Shown here: positions 18,211 through 27,477 of the stretch, piece after piece
How the letters are laid out: every line of letters starts with the position of its first letter
Numbering within the stretch: the stretch's first letter is position 1
Assembly: GCA_965249575.1 (NCBI GenBank)
Contig: OZ252244.1
Span: 1,568,001 to 1,632,000 of the forward strand
Length of the DNA: 64,000 nt
Source of the DNA: Gemmatimonadales bacterium
GTDB lineage: Bacteria; Gemmatimonadota; Gemmatimonadetes; Gemmatimonadales; GWC2-71-9
Direction of reading: 5' to 3'
Notes under the pieces: model-generated
What the model was told of the DNA's origin: nothing
The model's database searches: none
What the model saw: only the letters and a program-made list of their open reading frames with translations
Translations under genes and position numbers: made by a program

Positions 18211-18962
18211 TTCAGACGCGCTTTTGGAGTAAACACATTGAACCGGAAGATGTGCCAGAGGGCGGCGATCCCATCACGCCATCCGATCTTCTTGCCCTCG
18301 CTGTACGTGCGCCCATTGTAGCTGATCGGCACTTCCCAAATGCGAGCGTGCGCCCTCGACAGGCGCGCGGTCAATTCCACCTCGATTCCGAAACGATCAG
18401 ATACCAGAGGCAGCGACTTCATCAAGTCGGCCCGAACCATCTTGTAACAGGTCTCCATGTCCGTGACATTCAGGTCGGTGCACATGTTGGAGATAAGCGT
18501 GAGCAGCTTATTCCCCATGTAGTGCCAGAAGTACAGCACCCGGTGCGGCCCGGCTTGAAAGCGCGAGCCGAACACGGCATCGGCCTTTCCGCTCCGTATG
18601 GGATCCAGGAGGTTCGGCAATTCCAGTGGATCGTATTCGAGATCGGCGTCTTGGATGACGATCACGTCCCCGGTCGCTGCTTCGATGCCGGCTCGCACGG
18701 CCGCCCCCTTGCCACGGTTGCCGTCATGGTGGATAACCCGGTGGAGGGCGCCCGACTCGCTCAGTTTGTCGAGGATCGCCCCGGTCCCGTCGGCAGAGCC
18801 GTCGTTCACGGCCACGATCTCCACTCTCAGCGGCACGTCGGCAAAACGACAAACGGCGTGCTCGATCGTCGCCTCCTCGTTGTAGGCAGGCATGACGACG
18901 GATACCACGGTGTCATTCCAGTCGCGGACTGAGTTCACCCGGGGTACCTCGCGTCCGGCCAA
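18207..18962 (-). CDS. GT2 family, Dpm1/GtrB-like polyprenol-phosphate glycosyltransferase
   Basis: [49 protein letters not shown]; start uncertain. Confidence 0.9.
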   Translation of the reverse strand: MAGREVPRVNSVRDWNDTVVSVVMPAYNEEATIEHAVCRFADVPLRVEIVAVNDGSADGTGAILDKLSESGALHRVIHHDGNRGKGAAVRAGIEAATGDVIVIQDADLEYDPLELPNLLDPIRSGKADAVFGSRFQAGPHRVLYFWHYMGNKLLTLISNMCTDLNVTDMETCYKMVRADLMKSLPLVSDRFGIEVELTARLSRAHARIWEVPISYNGRTYSEGKKIGWRDGIAALWHIFRFNVFTPKARLK

Positions 18963-18998
18963 ACGGTTGACGGAGTCGGAGCGGAAGCTAGTCCAGCC

Positions 18999-20396
18999 TT
19001 ATTCTGTTTGGTCTCGCGAGGCCGGCGATGACGGCTCTTCGTAGCGCGACAGCTTTCGGTAGAGCGTCGACGGATCAATGCCCAGCACGTCCGCCGCTCG
19101 GCTCTTGTTCCCGCCCTCAGCGGCGAGAACCCACATGATGTAGGCACGTTCGATGATCTCGAGCGTTGGGTTCTCGTGAGGACGCTCAGTCACCACCGGA
19201 CGGGCCTTACGAGTGGTGATTCGCTCGGGTAGTGTCGCGCGAGAGATGTCGGTCGCCCGGCTCAAAATCGCCGCATGCTCCAAGGCGTTTTCAAGTTCCC
19301 GGACGTTGCCGGGCCAGTCGTACGAAAGAACGGTATCGAGCGCGTCCGGGTCGAGCCGCTTCGTGGGCTCGGATCGCTCCTTCGCAATGTTCTGGAGAAA
19401 AGCATCCGCCAGAATGGGGATGTCCTCGCGCCGCTCGCGGAGGGGCGGCAGGTGGAGCGCAATCACGTTGAGCCGGTAGTATAGATCTGACCGAAACCGG
19501 CCCTTTCGAATTTCCTCATCGAGATCGCGGTTGGTCGCCGCGACGACGCGGACGTCGACCGGAATCGGCTCGGTCCCGCCCACTGGCAGGGCCTCGCGCT
19601 CCTGCAGGATCCGCAGGAGCTTCACCTGCGTCGCCGGCGTCATCTCGGCAATCTCATCCAGGAAGAATGTGCCGCCTCGCGCCGCCGCAAAGAGCCCTTG
19701 CTTGTCGCGCACCGCACCGGTGAACGACCCCTTCATGTGGCCGAACAGTTCCGACTCCAGGAGACTCTCGGGAAGTGCCCCGCAGTTGAGTGAGAGAAAG
19801 GGGCCGTCATTGCGCTGCGAAAGCTCGTGGATGTAGCGGGCCACGACCTCCTTGCCGGTTCCGCTCTCGCCTTGGATAAGCACCGTTGAATCGGTAGGGG
19901 CCACCTCTTCCGCAAGACGAAGTACTTCGGTGAAGCGCTTGGCCTGACCTAGGACTTTCCTCCCCCGAGTGCGGTCTCGCCGCTTGATCTCCCGTTTGAG
20001 TTGCTTGTTCTCCGACCGCAGCTGTCGGTACTCCGAAGCACGGCGCAGGATGGCGAGGAGATCGTCGTTCGAGAATGGCTTCTGGATGTAGTAGAACGCA
20101 CCTTGATTGACCGCCTGGATCGCCGACTGCAGCGACGCTTGGGCGGTCATGAGAATCACTGGCGTCTCGGGATCCTGCTCCCGTGCGGCGTTGAGGATGT
20201 CGATACCCGAAACCTGCGGCATCCGGACATCGGAAAGGACGATGTCGGGCGCGGTGCTCTTGATGGCCTCGAGCGCAGCCTTTCCCCCCTGCACCGTTTC
20301 GACGGTGAACCCAGAGTTCTTCAGCAAGATGCGCAACGTTCCGAGGATGCCGGACTCGTCATCGACGACAAGCACGGAGGGCAGCTGCCTGCTCAT
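18999..20396 (-). CDS. pilR: sigma54-dependent response regulator (PilR-like)
   Basis: Receiver domain, GESGTGKE, GSFTGA, WPGNVREL, Fis-type HTH; adjacent to a PilS-like kinase and pilA. Confidence 0.85.
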   Translation of the reverse strand: MSRQLPSVLVVDDESGILGTLRILLKNSGFTVETVQGGKAALEAIKSTAPDIVLSDVRMPQVSGIDILNAAREQDPETPVILMTAQASLQSAIQAVNQGAFYYIQKPFSNDDLLAILRRASEYRQLRSENKQLKREIKRRDRTRGRKVLGQAKRFTEVLRLAEEVAPTDSTVLIQGESGTGKEVVARYIHELSQRNDGPFLSLNCGALPESLLESELFGHMKGSFTGAVRDKQGLFAAARGGTFFLDEIAEMTPATQVKLLRILQEREALPVGGTEPIPVDVRVVAATNRDLDEEIRKGRFRSDLYYRLNVIALHLPPLRERREDIPILADAFLQNIAKERSEPTKRLDPDALDTVLSYDWPGNVRELENALEHAAILSRATDISRATLPERITTRKARPVVTERPHENPTLEIIERAYIMWVLAAEGGNKSRAADVLGIDPSTLYRKLSRYEEPSSPASRDQTE

Positions 20397-22090
20397 GCTG
20401 CTACCTCCGCCGCCCGCTTAGCCGGGAACAGCACGCTGAAGACCGTGCCTCGATCGGGCTGTGAATCCACGAGCACCAATCCGCGGTGGGCCTGCACCGC
20501 CCGCTGAACGATTGCCAACCCGAGGCCCGTTCCCCCAATGCGGCCCGTCACAAATGGATCGAACAACCGGTTCCGCAGCTGCGCCGGAATCCCCGGTCCG
20601 TCGTCGGTGACTCGCAGCAACACGGGGTTCTCGAGGGCCGCGCCCCGTGGGAGATCGCCTGAGGACGCCTCGCGGATTTCCACGCGGACATGGCAGGAGC
20701 CGTCGGTTGCCTGCACGGCGTTGAGCACGAGGTTGACTACGACTCGATGCAGCAGGTCTGCGTCGCCCTCGACTGCCACGCCGGAGCATTCCACCTCGAT
20801 CGTGGTTTCCGACGTGCAAGCCGGATGCCGGCGCACGAGGTCCACGGCGCCATCGGCAACCTCACCCAAATCGACCGGGCGACATCTGGTCACTCTCACG
20901 CGTGAGAAATCGAGAAACTCGCTCAGAATGCGGCTCAGCCTGTCACTCTCGCGCACAACGAGCTGGGCCAAGAACCGTTCGTCTGCACCGGTGTGAACCG
21001 ATTTGCCGAGTTGTTCCACCGAGGTTCGGATCGATGCCAAGGGGTTGCGGATCTCGTGCGCAAGCGATGCCGACAGCTCCGCGACGGCCTCCAGCCGCTG
21101 CGTGCGAAGATGGAGCTCCTCGAGCCGCTTCTGATCGGAGATGTCTCGGAAGATGGTAGTAACTGTCGGACTCGAATCTGACTCATCCGCGCCGGTCGAG
21201 AGAGCGGTGGTCGTGAGACCGATTGGAAACGAGCGCCCGGGCAACCGCACGAGCCCTTCCGCGCGTAATGTGCGATGGCGCCCGCGTTGCGTCGCTGTGA
21301 TGGCCTCCCACAGTGCGGGAGAGCACCCAGATAATACGCCGCCCGCCGATCGCCCCTCGAGATCGGCCGCCACGAATCCAAGCAGGCCTTCGGCGGCGGG
21401 GTTCGCGTAGAGAAGGCTGCCGTTTCCATCGACGGTCACGACGCCGCTCCCGATGTTGTGGAGGATGTCGCTCGCCTCGAGGGATAGGCGCTGCACCTCT
21501 TGCTGCAGCACGGCGTGCTCGTCCTTGACGACGCGAACCCGGCTCGTGATCCAGCCGGTGACCAGGGCCACCCCAGCGAACACACCGATCTGTAGCCAAA
21601 TGGCAACTCCGGGTTGGACTGGCTGCCCCCCCCAAACCACGTCGCCAATGTACGAGAGACCCGCCAGCACGGTGATCAGCAGGCTCGAGCGAAGCGGCAT
21701 CAAAACGGAGCTGACTGCGATGACCGGGATGTACAGGGAGGAGAGGTCGCTCTCCGCTCCGCCGGTGACATGCACGACCGTCGTCACGAGCGCCAAATCG
21801 AACAGCACCTGGGCATAGAGGAACGAAAGAGTCGGAGGGACGCGGCGAACGTGAGTGTACCAGACCGAAAAACCGCTCATACCGACAGCGGCAAGAGCGG
21901 CGACTGATACTGTGAGGATCGTTCCCGAGGAGACCGCTTTTACATAGAAGGCTGCGGCCACGAATACCACGACCGCAACCAAGATGCGCCCAAGGTAGAC
22001 CCAGAGGAGCAACTTTGGCGGCGTCGGAACTCCCCACCCGACGTCGAGCTGCTGCAGATCGGCCCGTAAGCTGCCGCCAGTCCAACGCAT
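20393..22090 (-). CDS. pilS: Sensor histidine kinase (PilS-like)
   Basis: About six TMs with DL..T..VH.TGG..S, PAS domain, AHEIRNPL H-box, D-G-G and GTGLGL; start set at ATG 22090. Confidence 0.85.
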   Translation of the reverse strand: MRWTGGSLRADLQQLDVGWGVPTPPKLLLWVYLGRILVAVVVFVAAAFYVKAVSSGTILTVSVAALAAVGMSGFSVWYTHVRRVPPTLSFLYAQVLFDLALVTTVVHVTGGAESDLSSLYIPVIAVSSVLMPLRSSLLITVLAGLSYIGDVVWGGQPVQPGVAIWLQIGVFAGVALVTGWITSRVRVVKDEHAVLQQEVQRLSLEASDILHNIGSGVVTVDGNGSLLYANPAAEGLLGFVAADLEGRSAGGVLSGCSPALWEAITATQRGRHRTLRAEGLVRLPGRSFPIGLTTTALSTGADESDSSPTVTTIFRDISDQKRLEELHLRTQRLEAVAELSASLAHEIRNPLASIRTSVEQLGKSVHTGADERFLAQLVVRESDRLSRILSEFLDFSRVRVTRCRPVDLGEVADGAVDLVRRHPACTSETTIEVECSGVAVEGDADLLHRVVVNLVLNAVQATDGSCHVRVEIREASSGDLPRGAALENPVLLRVTDDGPGIPAQLRNRLFDPFVTGRIGGTGLGLAIVQRAVQAHRGLVLVDSQPDRGTVFSVLFPAKRAAEVAA

Positions 22091-22131
22091 AGGTGCAAGT
22101 ATCTCGTCGATCGTGGCAAAGTGCAACGCCT

Positions 22132-22147
22132 TGCAAGATAGCTGCCA
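22132..22147 (-). promoter_or_regulatory. sigma54 -24/-12 promoter candidate for pilSR
   Basis: TGGCAGCTATCTTGCA (GG-N10-GC). Confidence 0.55.
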
Positions 22148-22168
22148 CGCTCGACCGGCCGTCTATTG

Positions 22169-22179
22169 CCCCCCCCCCC
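22169..22179. repeat. C11/G11 homopolymer, with a C6 run nearby
   Basis: Read directly from the sequence upstream of pilS. Confidence 0.8.
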
Positions 22180-22202
22180 GGCACCCCCCGTTTCCCTGTG
22201 TC

Positions 22203-22856
22203 CTATGCCCCCACGATGTCCCGCAGTGCCACTTCGTCGATATCGTGCCCCCCAGCGTAGGTCACGAGCCGCACCCCAACCCCCTCTCCCTCGAGCCCCC
22301 CGATTTGATCTGACAGAAGCGCCCGATCGACGGACTGGTCCTCGTCCCCGACAACGACGGACAAATCGGCCGTTCCGAGCCCACGTTTTGCCGCCCGAAA
22401 GTCGACCTCGGGAGGGAGGAGCCCACCCCAAAGAACCAGCCGGTCCGCAGCCGGCGCCCCCGCCACGATCCAGCGGGTCGCGGTCGCGGTGCCCTGGGAG
22501 AAGCCCAGCACGCTCAGCGTGACGGCTCCCCGATCGACTCGTCGAAAGACTTCCAGATACAAGGCGTTCAGATAGGCGACGTAGTCTTCGATCTCGGTTA
22601 GCCGGTCCTCGCGCGTCATCCACGAGGCGCCCACAACGCCCTGGCCGCCCGAGTTTCGGACGTAGAACCGCGACAGACCCTCGGGGGCGATGACGAGTCG
22701 GTGACCGTCGTCGAGGACCTCAAACCGTTTGAGGAATCTGGCCGCAAGCTGTCCATAGCCATGACACACGATCCAAACCTCTCGCGCCGCCGGACCGAAG
22801 TCCCCCAGCGTCACGTAACGAGCGGTTCGCGGAACGCTGATGTGATGCTCCAGCAT
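22203..22856 (-). CDS. Alpha/beta hydrolase (phospholipase/carboxylesterase family)
   Basis: HGYG, GFSQG nucleophile elbow, GDED, GGH. Confidence 0.88.
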   Translation of the reverse strand: MLEHHISVPRTARYVTLGDFGPAAREVWIVCHGYGQLAARFLKRFEVLDDGHRLVIAPEGLSRFYVRNSGGQGVVGASWMTREDRLTEIEDYVAYLNALYLEVFRRVDRGAVTLSVLGFSQGTATATRWIVAGAPAADRLVLWGGLLPPEVDFRAAKRGLGTADLSVVVGDEDQSVDRALLSDQIGGLEGEGVGVRLVTYAGGHDIDEVALRDIVGA

Positions 22857-23013
22857 GCCTACCGCCTCTCCACTGTTCGGTACTCTCGAAGTGACCGAGA
22901 CGCGCGCAGGCGGCGTCTCGGCTATCCTTGTTCATTCCGTGCGAGGCTGCGCTCGATTCCGTACGGCCTCCATCTTGTGCACTGATGGAGCAAACAACGC
23001 AATACGTCACCGC

Positions 23014-24633
23014 ATGAAATCGCCACCAGCTCGACCGAGCACACTGGCCGGACGCTCGACCTTGTTTGCGCCGCACGCAGCAATCGCGACGAGCCACCCG
23101 CTCGCAAGCACGGCCGGTCTCCGGGTTCTCGATCGCGGCGGGAACGCCGTGGACGCTGCCGTCGCCGCAGCAGCGATACTGTCGGTAGTCGAGCCCCACA
23201 TGACCGGGATCGGCGGGGACGTGTTCGCCATGATTTGGTTCGCGCGAGAGCGGAAACTCGTTGGCCTGAACGCTAGCGGCCGGTCGGGCAGCACGATGAG
23301 TCGGGAAGTGTTCATTGGCCGAAACCGGCAGGCTGTGCCCGAGCACGGAGCCGAGAGCGTTACGGTCCCGGGTGCCGTGTCGGGCTGGGTCGCACTACTC
23401 GAGCGCTACGGAACCCTGAACCTTGCCAGGGTGCTCGAGCCAGCAGTGGCTCTCGCGGGTAGGGGCTTCCCCGTGTCGCCGGTCGTGGCGCGCCAGTGGG
23501 CGGGAGAGGTGGCGAAGCTCAGGTGCGATGACGCCGCGCGGGGAACCTTCCTCGTCGAGGGCGGGCGCAGCCCACAGACCGGCGAGTGGTTTCGAAACCC
23601 CGATCTCGCCGACAGCCTGGCGTTGCTCTCGGAGCAAGGGGCGGGAGCGATGTACGGAGGCGACCTCGGCTCGCGAATCTCCCAGCACGTGCGGGAACTC
23701 GGTGGATTCCTTTCCGACGCAGACCTCCGGAACCACACGGTGGACTGGGTCGACCCGTTGATGGTGGAGTTCGAGGGCCATCGGATTTGGGAGCTTCCAC
23801 CCGTAACACAGGGGGTGGCAGTCTTGGAAATGTTGCGGATCATCGACCCATTCGAGCTGCGAGGCATGGGCCACAATTCCGCGCCGTACCTCCATCACCT
23901 GATCGAGGCAAAAAAACTCGCATTCGAGGACCTTGAGTCGCGGGTTGGAGAGCCAGCCGAAATGATCATGCCCCCACACTCTTTGCTCGAAGAGGACTTC
24001 ATCCGGGGCCGCCGCGCACATTTGGACCCCACAAGCGCCGCCGATCTAGGCGGGATGGGACAATCCGGGCCGGGCGACACGGTCTACCTGTCCGTGGCCG
24101 ATCGAGACGGCAACTTAGTGTCGTTCGTCAACAGTCTGTTCCACGGTTTTGGGTCAGGCGTGGTGGTTCCGCGAACGGGGTTCGCGCTTCACAATCGCGG
24201 TACCGGATTCTCACTGGCCGCAAACACTCCGAACACCGTCGGCCCGCGCAAACGGCCTCTTCATACACTCATTCCAGGATTCGTGACACGAGTGGACGGT
24301 TCGGGCCAAGAGGGCCCGGAGCTCAGCTTTGGTGTGATGGGCGGCTCGATGCAACCCCAGGGGCACGTCCAACTCTTGCTGAATCTCCTCCTGTTCGGCA
24401 TGGACTTACAAGAAGCTGTCGACGCACCGCGTTTTCGGCACGTGGAGAGTAGGCGGTTGGCCCTCGAGGCGCCGATCCCAGACCAAGTCCGGACGGCGCT
24501 CGCAGCACTGGGTCACGACATCACCTCGGAATCCGATGTCTTTTTCGGAGGGGCGCAGGCCGTCATGCGGTGGAACGAGGGCTGGGCGGCGGCATCCGAC
24601 CCCCGCAAGGACGGCGTGGCAGTGGGGCACTAG
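23014..24633 (+). CDS. ggt: Gamma-glutamyltransferase family protein
   Basis: GGNAVDAA, TGIGGD, VTVPG, catalytic DTVY, PRKRPLHTL, DPRKDG; start ATG 23014. Confidence 0.93.
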   Translation: MKSPPARPSTLAGRSTLFAPHAAIATSHPLASTAGLRVLDRGGNAVDAAVAAAAILSVVEPHMTGIGGDVFAMIWFARERKLVGLNASGRSGSTMSREVFIGRNRQAVPEHGAESVTVPGAVSGWVALLERYGTLNLARVLEPAVALAGRGFPVSPVVARQWAGEVAKLRCDDAARGTFLVEGGRSPQTGEWFRNPDLADSLALLSEQGAGAMYGGDLGSRISQHVRELGGFLSDADLRNHTVDWVDPLMVEFEGHRIWELPPVTQGVAVLEMLRIIDPFELRGMGHNSAPYLHHLIEAKKLAFEDLESRVGEPAEMIMPPHSLLEEDFIRGRRAHLDPTSAADLGGMGQSGPGDTVYLSVADRDGNLVSFVNSLFHGFGSGVVVPRTGFALHNRGTGFSLAANTPNTVGPRKRPLHTLIPGFVTRVDGSGQEGPELSFGVMGGSMQPQGHVQLLLNLLLFGMDLQEAVDAPRFRHVESRRLALEAPIPDQVRTALAALGHDITSESDVFFGGAQAVMRWNEGWAAASDPRKDGVAVGH

Positions 24634-25066
24634 GGCTCTGCCGGCGGCGATCTCCCTCCGCCGCTGTGGCGCAGTACTTCGCGAACTTTGCGGACGAGTT
24701 CGTTGGGCGTGAACGGCTTCCGCAGGAACGGGACATTTTTCCGAGTACACCCTTCCGCACCAGGTTCTCTGCATAGCCGGACATGTACAGGACTCGCAGC
24801 CCGGGGCGTTGCTCCCGCAGCCGCTCGGTGAGTTCCCTGGGATTCATGTGAGGTAGCACGACGTCGGACAGCAGCAAGTCGATCCGGTCACCCTGATCCT
24901 CCGAGACGGAAAGCGCTTCGCCTCCGTCCGCCGCCGGAAGCACTGTGAACCCCTGTCCGCTCAGTGCTTCAACGACGAGAGCCCGGACCTGGGGCTCGTC
25001 ATCGACGAGCAGGATGGTATAGCCGCGCCCGCCACCGGTCACATCCGCCGCGTTCCCGCCAGCCAT
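24630..25066 (-). pseudogene. Single-domain response regulator receiver with a 1-nt frameshift (possible sequencing error)
   Basis: ILLVDDE...LLSDVVLP...MSGY; the FLRKPF end lies in another frame after an A5 run at 24736-24740. Confidence 0.8.
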
Positions 25067-25362
25067 CGTTGTGACAGCCCTCGAGGTTTCTCTACTGGTC
25101 TCTATTACCGGTGTCCCGGTCGTAAAACGCACGGCTTGTGCGCTATTGCGACGCGCCCTTCGCCGGCTCCTGATTTCAGTCCGCCGATGGTTTGTCCGAC
25201 ACTCTATACAGGTCGGGCGCGGTCACCAATCGTCTGTCACACGGGGTCACGCGACGATGGTGACTCACCTCACGGACCGCGACTTAAGTGGCGGTTCACT
25301 CTAGCGTTAGTCCCGCCGGGGGCAGGCGGCTGGAAAGGCCGCGACCACACTGACTCACTGCC

Positions 25363-25378
25363 CGGTACGGGATTTGCA
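25363..25378 (+). promoter_or_regulatory. sigma54 promoter candidate
   Basis: CGGTACGGGATTTGCA (GG-N10-GC), about 85 nt upstream of ORF 25464. Confidence 0.45.
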
Positions 25379-25463
25379 AACTTCAGCCTAAGATGGGCTG
25401 GCGGCGCGCCCTGGGGAACCTCTTCCCCTCAAAGCGCTGACGGATAGGAGCGGGAGGTTAGCC

Positions 25464-26111
25464 ATGATCACGATGATGCCGTTGCTCGCATCGCTGGCGC
25501 TTGTCGCGCCAGTCGAAGAGACACAGGACCGCGCCGCCCCGACGCCGCGGCGCCCCGCGCAGCTCATCATTGCTCCGGACATTGTAGAGGACTTAGACCA
25601 GCTGGCCGATAGCCTGCGAGTCAAGACCGTGCGCTGTCTCATCGGGATCGTGGAGCACGAGCGCGCAGCAATCGACCTAGCCTGGAAGCCGCCAACGAGC
25701 GCGAGCGAGGACGGGCATGCTGAATATCAGCCCTGTCCACTCGCTACGATCGCCCGCTGGCTCAACCACCCACACGTCGGCGAAGGTCGTCCCGAGGAAT
25801 CGTGCTACATGTCCCACGCGGAGATTCAGGAAGCGTTGCGACCCCGCGCACCCGCAGTCCAATTCGTTCAGGTGAACGCCCGGGTCGCGTGCTGGTGGAC
25901 GCAGAGCCAGATTGCCCGCGCGGCCGATCAGGCCATTCGGTGGCCGCTCCGAGGACAGATCCGGCCCAGATACGCGGCCTTCACGGCGCCGGAGGCGCCG
26001 CTGGACCCGCACGAAGACAGTAACGATCTCGGGACAGAGGTGGCCGACGCATTGGGCGCCCGGCCAGGGACGACACCGGGCGCGAATACAACCTCACAAC
26101 CCAACTCCTAG
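25464..26111 (+). CDS. Exported hypothetical protein with a degenerate JAB/MPN-like fold
   Basis: GGAGG RBS, hydrophobic N-terminus, TVRCLIG...WLNHPH...CYMSHAE. Confidence 0.6.
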   Translation: MITMMPLLASLALVAPVEETQDRAAPTPRRPAQLIIAPDIVEDLDQLADSLRVKTVRCLIGIVEHERAAIDLAWKPPTSASEDGHAEYQPCPLATIARWLNHPHVGEGRPEESCYMSHAEIQEALRPRAPAVQFVQVNARVACWWTQSQIARAADQAIRWPLRGQIRPRYAAFTAPEAPLDPHEDSNDLGTEVADALGARPGTTPGANTTSQPNS

Positions 26112-26210
26112 ATCACCGTTTCATTAAGCACATCACCAGGCGAATTCCCCGACGTCCCCGGAGCGTCAACGCGCTTCTGGGACGTCGGCTATTGAGCGGG
26201 CACTGGCCAC

Positions 26211-26244
26211 AAAAGCCCGGGGCCCGGCCGTCTGGCCGGGCCCC
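26211..26244 (-). terminator. Intrinsic terminator after pilC
   Basis: 11-bp stem ggggcccggcc/ggccgggcccc followed by gggctttt on the minus strand. Confidence 0.7.
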
Positions 26245-26265
26245 AACACACGGACGGCCTGTTCG

Positions 26266-27459
26266 TTAGGCGTCGACCGCGTTGATCATGTCGAAGATCG
26301 GCAGATACATCGCCACGATCATTCCGCCGACGACGATACCCAGGACGACGATCATGACGGGTTCCATGAGTGAGAGAAGCGCGCTTACCGCCGCGTCTAC
26401 TTCGTCGTCGTAGAAGTCGGCGATCTTCGACAGCATCTCGTCCAAACCACCTGTCGCCTCACCGACCGCGATCATCGAAGTCACCATGGGCGGGAACACT
26501 TGGGACTTCTGAAGGGGACCCGCGATGGTCTCGCCACCGGCGATGGACGCGCGCGACTCCATGACCGCGTCGTGAATGACCCGGTTGCCAGCGGTGCGGG
26601 CGGTGATCTCGAGCCCGTCGAGAATCGAGACGCCCGAAGAGACGAGCGTGCCGAGTGTGCGCGTGAATCGCGACACGGACGACTTGCGGAGCTAGTCACC
26701 CAGCACCGGCAACTGCAGCAGAAACCGGTCGATGACGAGCTTGCCGCCCGACGTCGTGTAGTACTGCTTTATGCCAAAGACTATTGCGACGCCAGTGAGA
26801 ATCATGAGCCACCAGAATTGCTGGACGAACTCGCTCAGGAAAATCACGAACCGCGTTGGAAGGGGCAGCGTGAGGTTCACCGAGGCGAACATTTGCTGGA
26901 AGGTCGGGATGACGAAGACCAGCAGCACGACGATCGCGATGATCGCGACGGACAGGATGACCATTGGATAGATCATCGCGCCCTTCACCTTCCGAATGAT
27001 CGCGTCATTCTTTTCCAAAAAGCCGGCCAGGCGCAGCAGGATGGTGTCGAGAATACCACCGGCCTCGCCCGCCGCCACCATGTTCACGAACAGCTCAGAG
27101 AAAGCGTTCCGATGTTTGCCGAGCGCGTCCGCGAGCGTGTTTCCGCTCTCGACGTCGTACACGACCTGCCTCGTGACTTCGGCCAGGATCTTGTTCTCGG
27201 TCTGCTGCGCGAGGATGTCGAGCGCCTGGACCAGGGGCAACCCGGAGTTGATCATGGTTGCGAACTGCCGAGTGAAGACCACGACGTCCCGGGTCGGAAT
27301 CTTACCACGTCGTTTGGACCTCTTGACCTCACGAACGCGTACGACGGCCATTTTGTTCTTACGGAGGTGGGCAACCACTTCTTCCCGTGAGGGCAGATCG
27401 ATGGTCCCCGTCTGTTCCTCCCCCCGGACCGTGCGAGCGGTGTATTCGTAAGCAGGCAT
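26266..27459 (-). pseudogene. pilC: Type IV pilus platform protein PilC interrupted by an in-frame TAG at 26692-26694
   Basis: Two same-frame ORFs: FTRQFATM..SG.PL, AGEAGG, KGAMIYP, then LPVLGD*LRKSSVSRFTRTL, GEATG, EP, MYLPIF. Confidence 0.9.
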
Positions 27460-27477
27460 TGGCTATCTCCGCAGGGC

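Noticed and set aside
25260..25288. Possible sixth copy of the dyad motif
   Set aside because: Only the right half (cgacttaag) fits, and the spacing is off by one
26692..26694. Pyrrolysine or alternative genetic code
   Set aside because: TAG is the normal stop of many genes here, and no pyl genes are in the window
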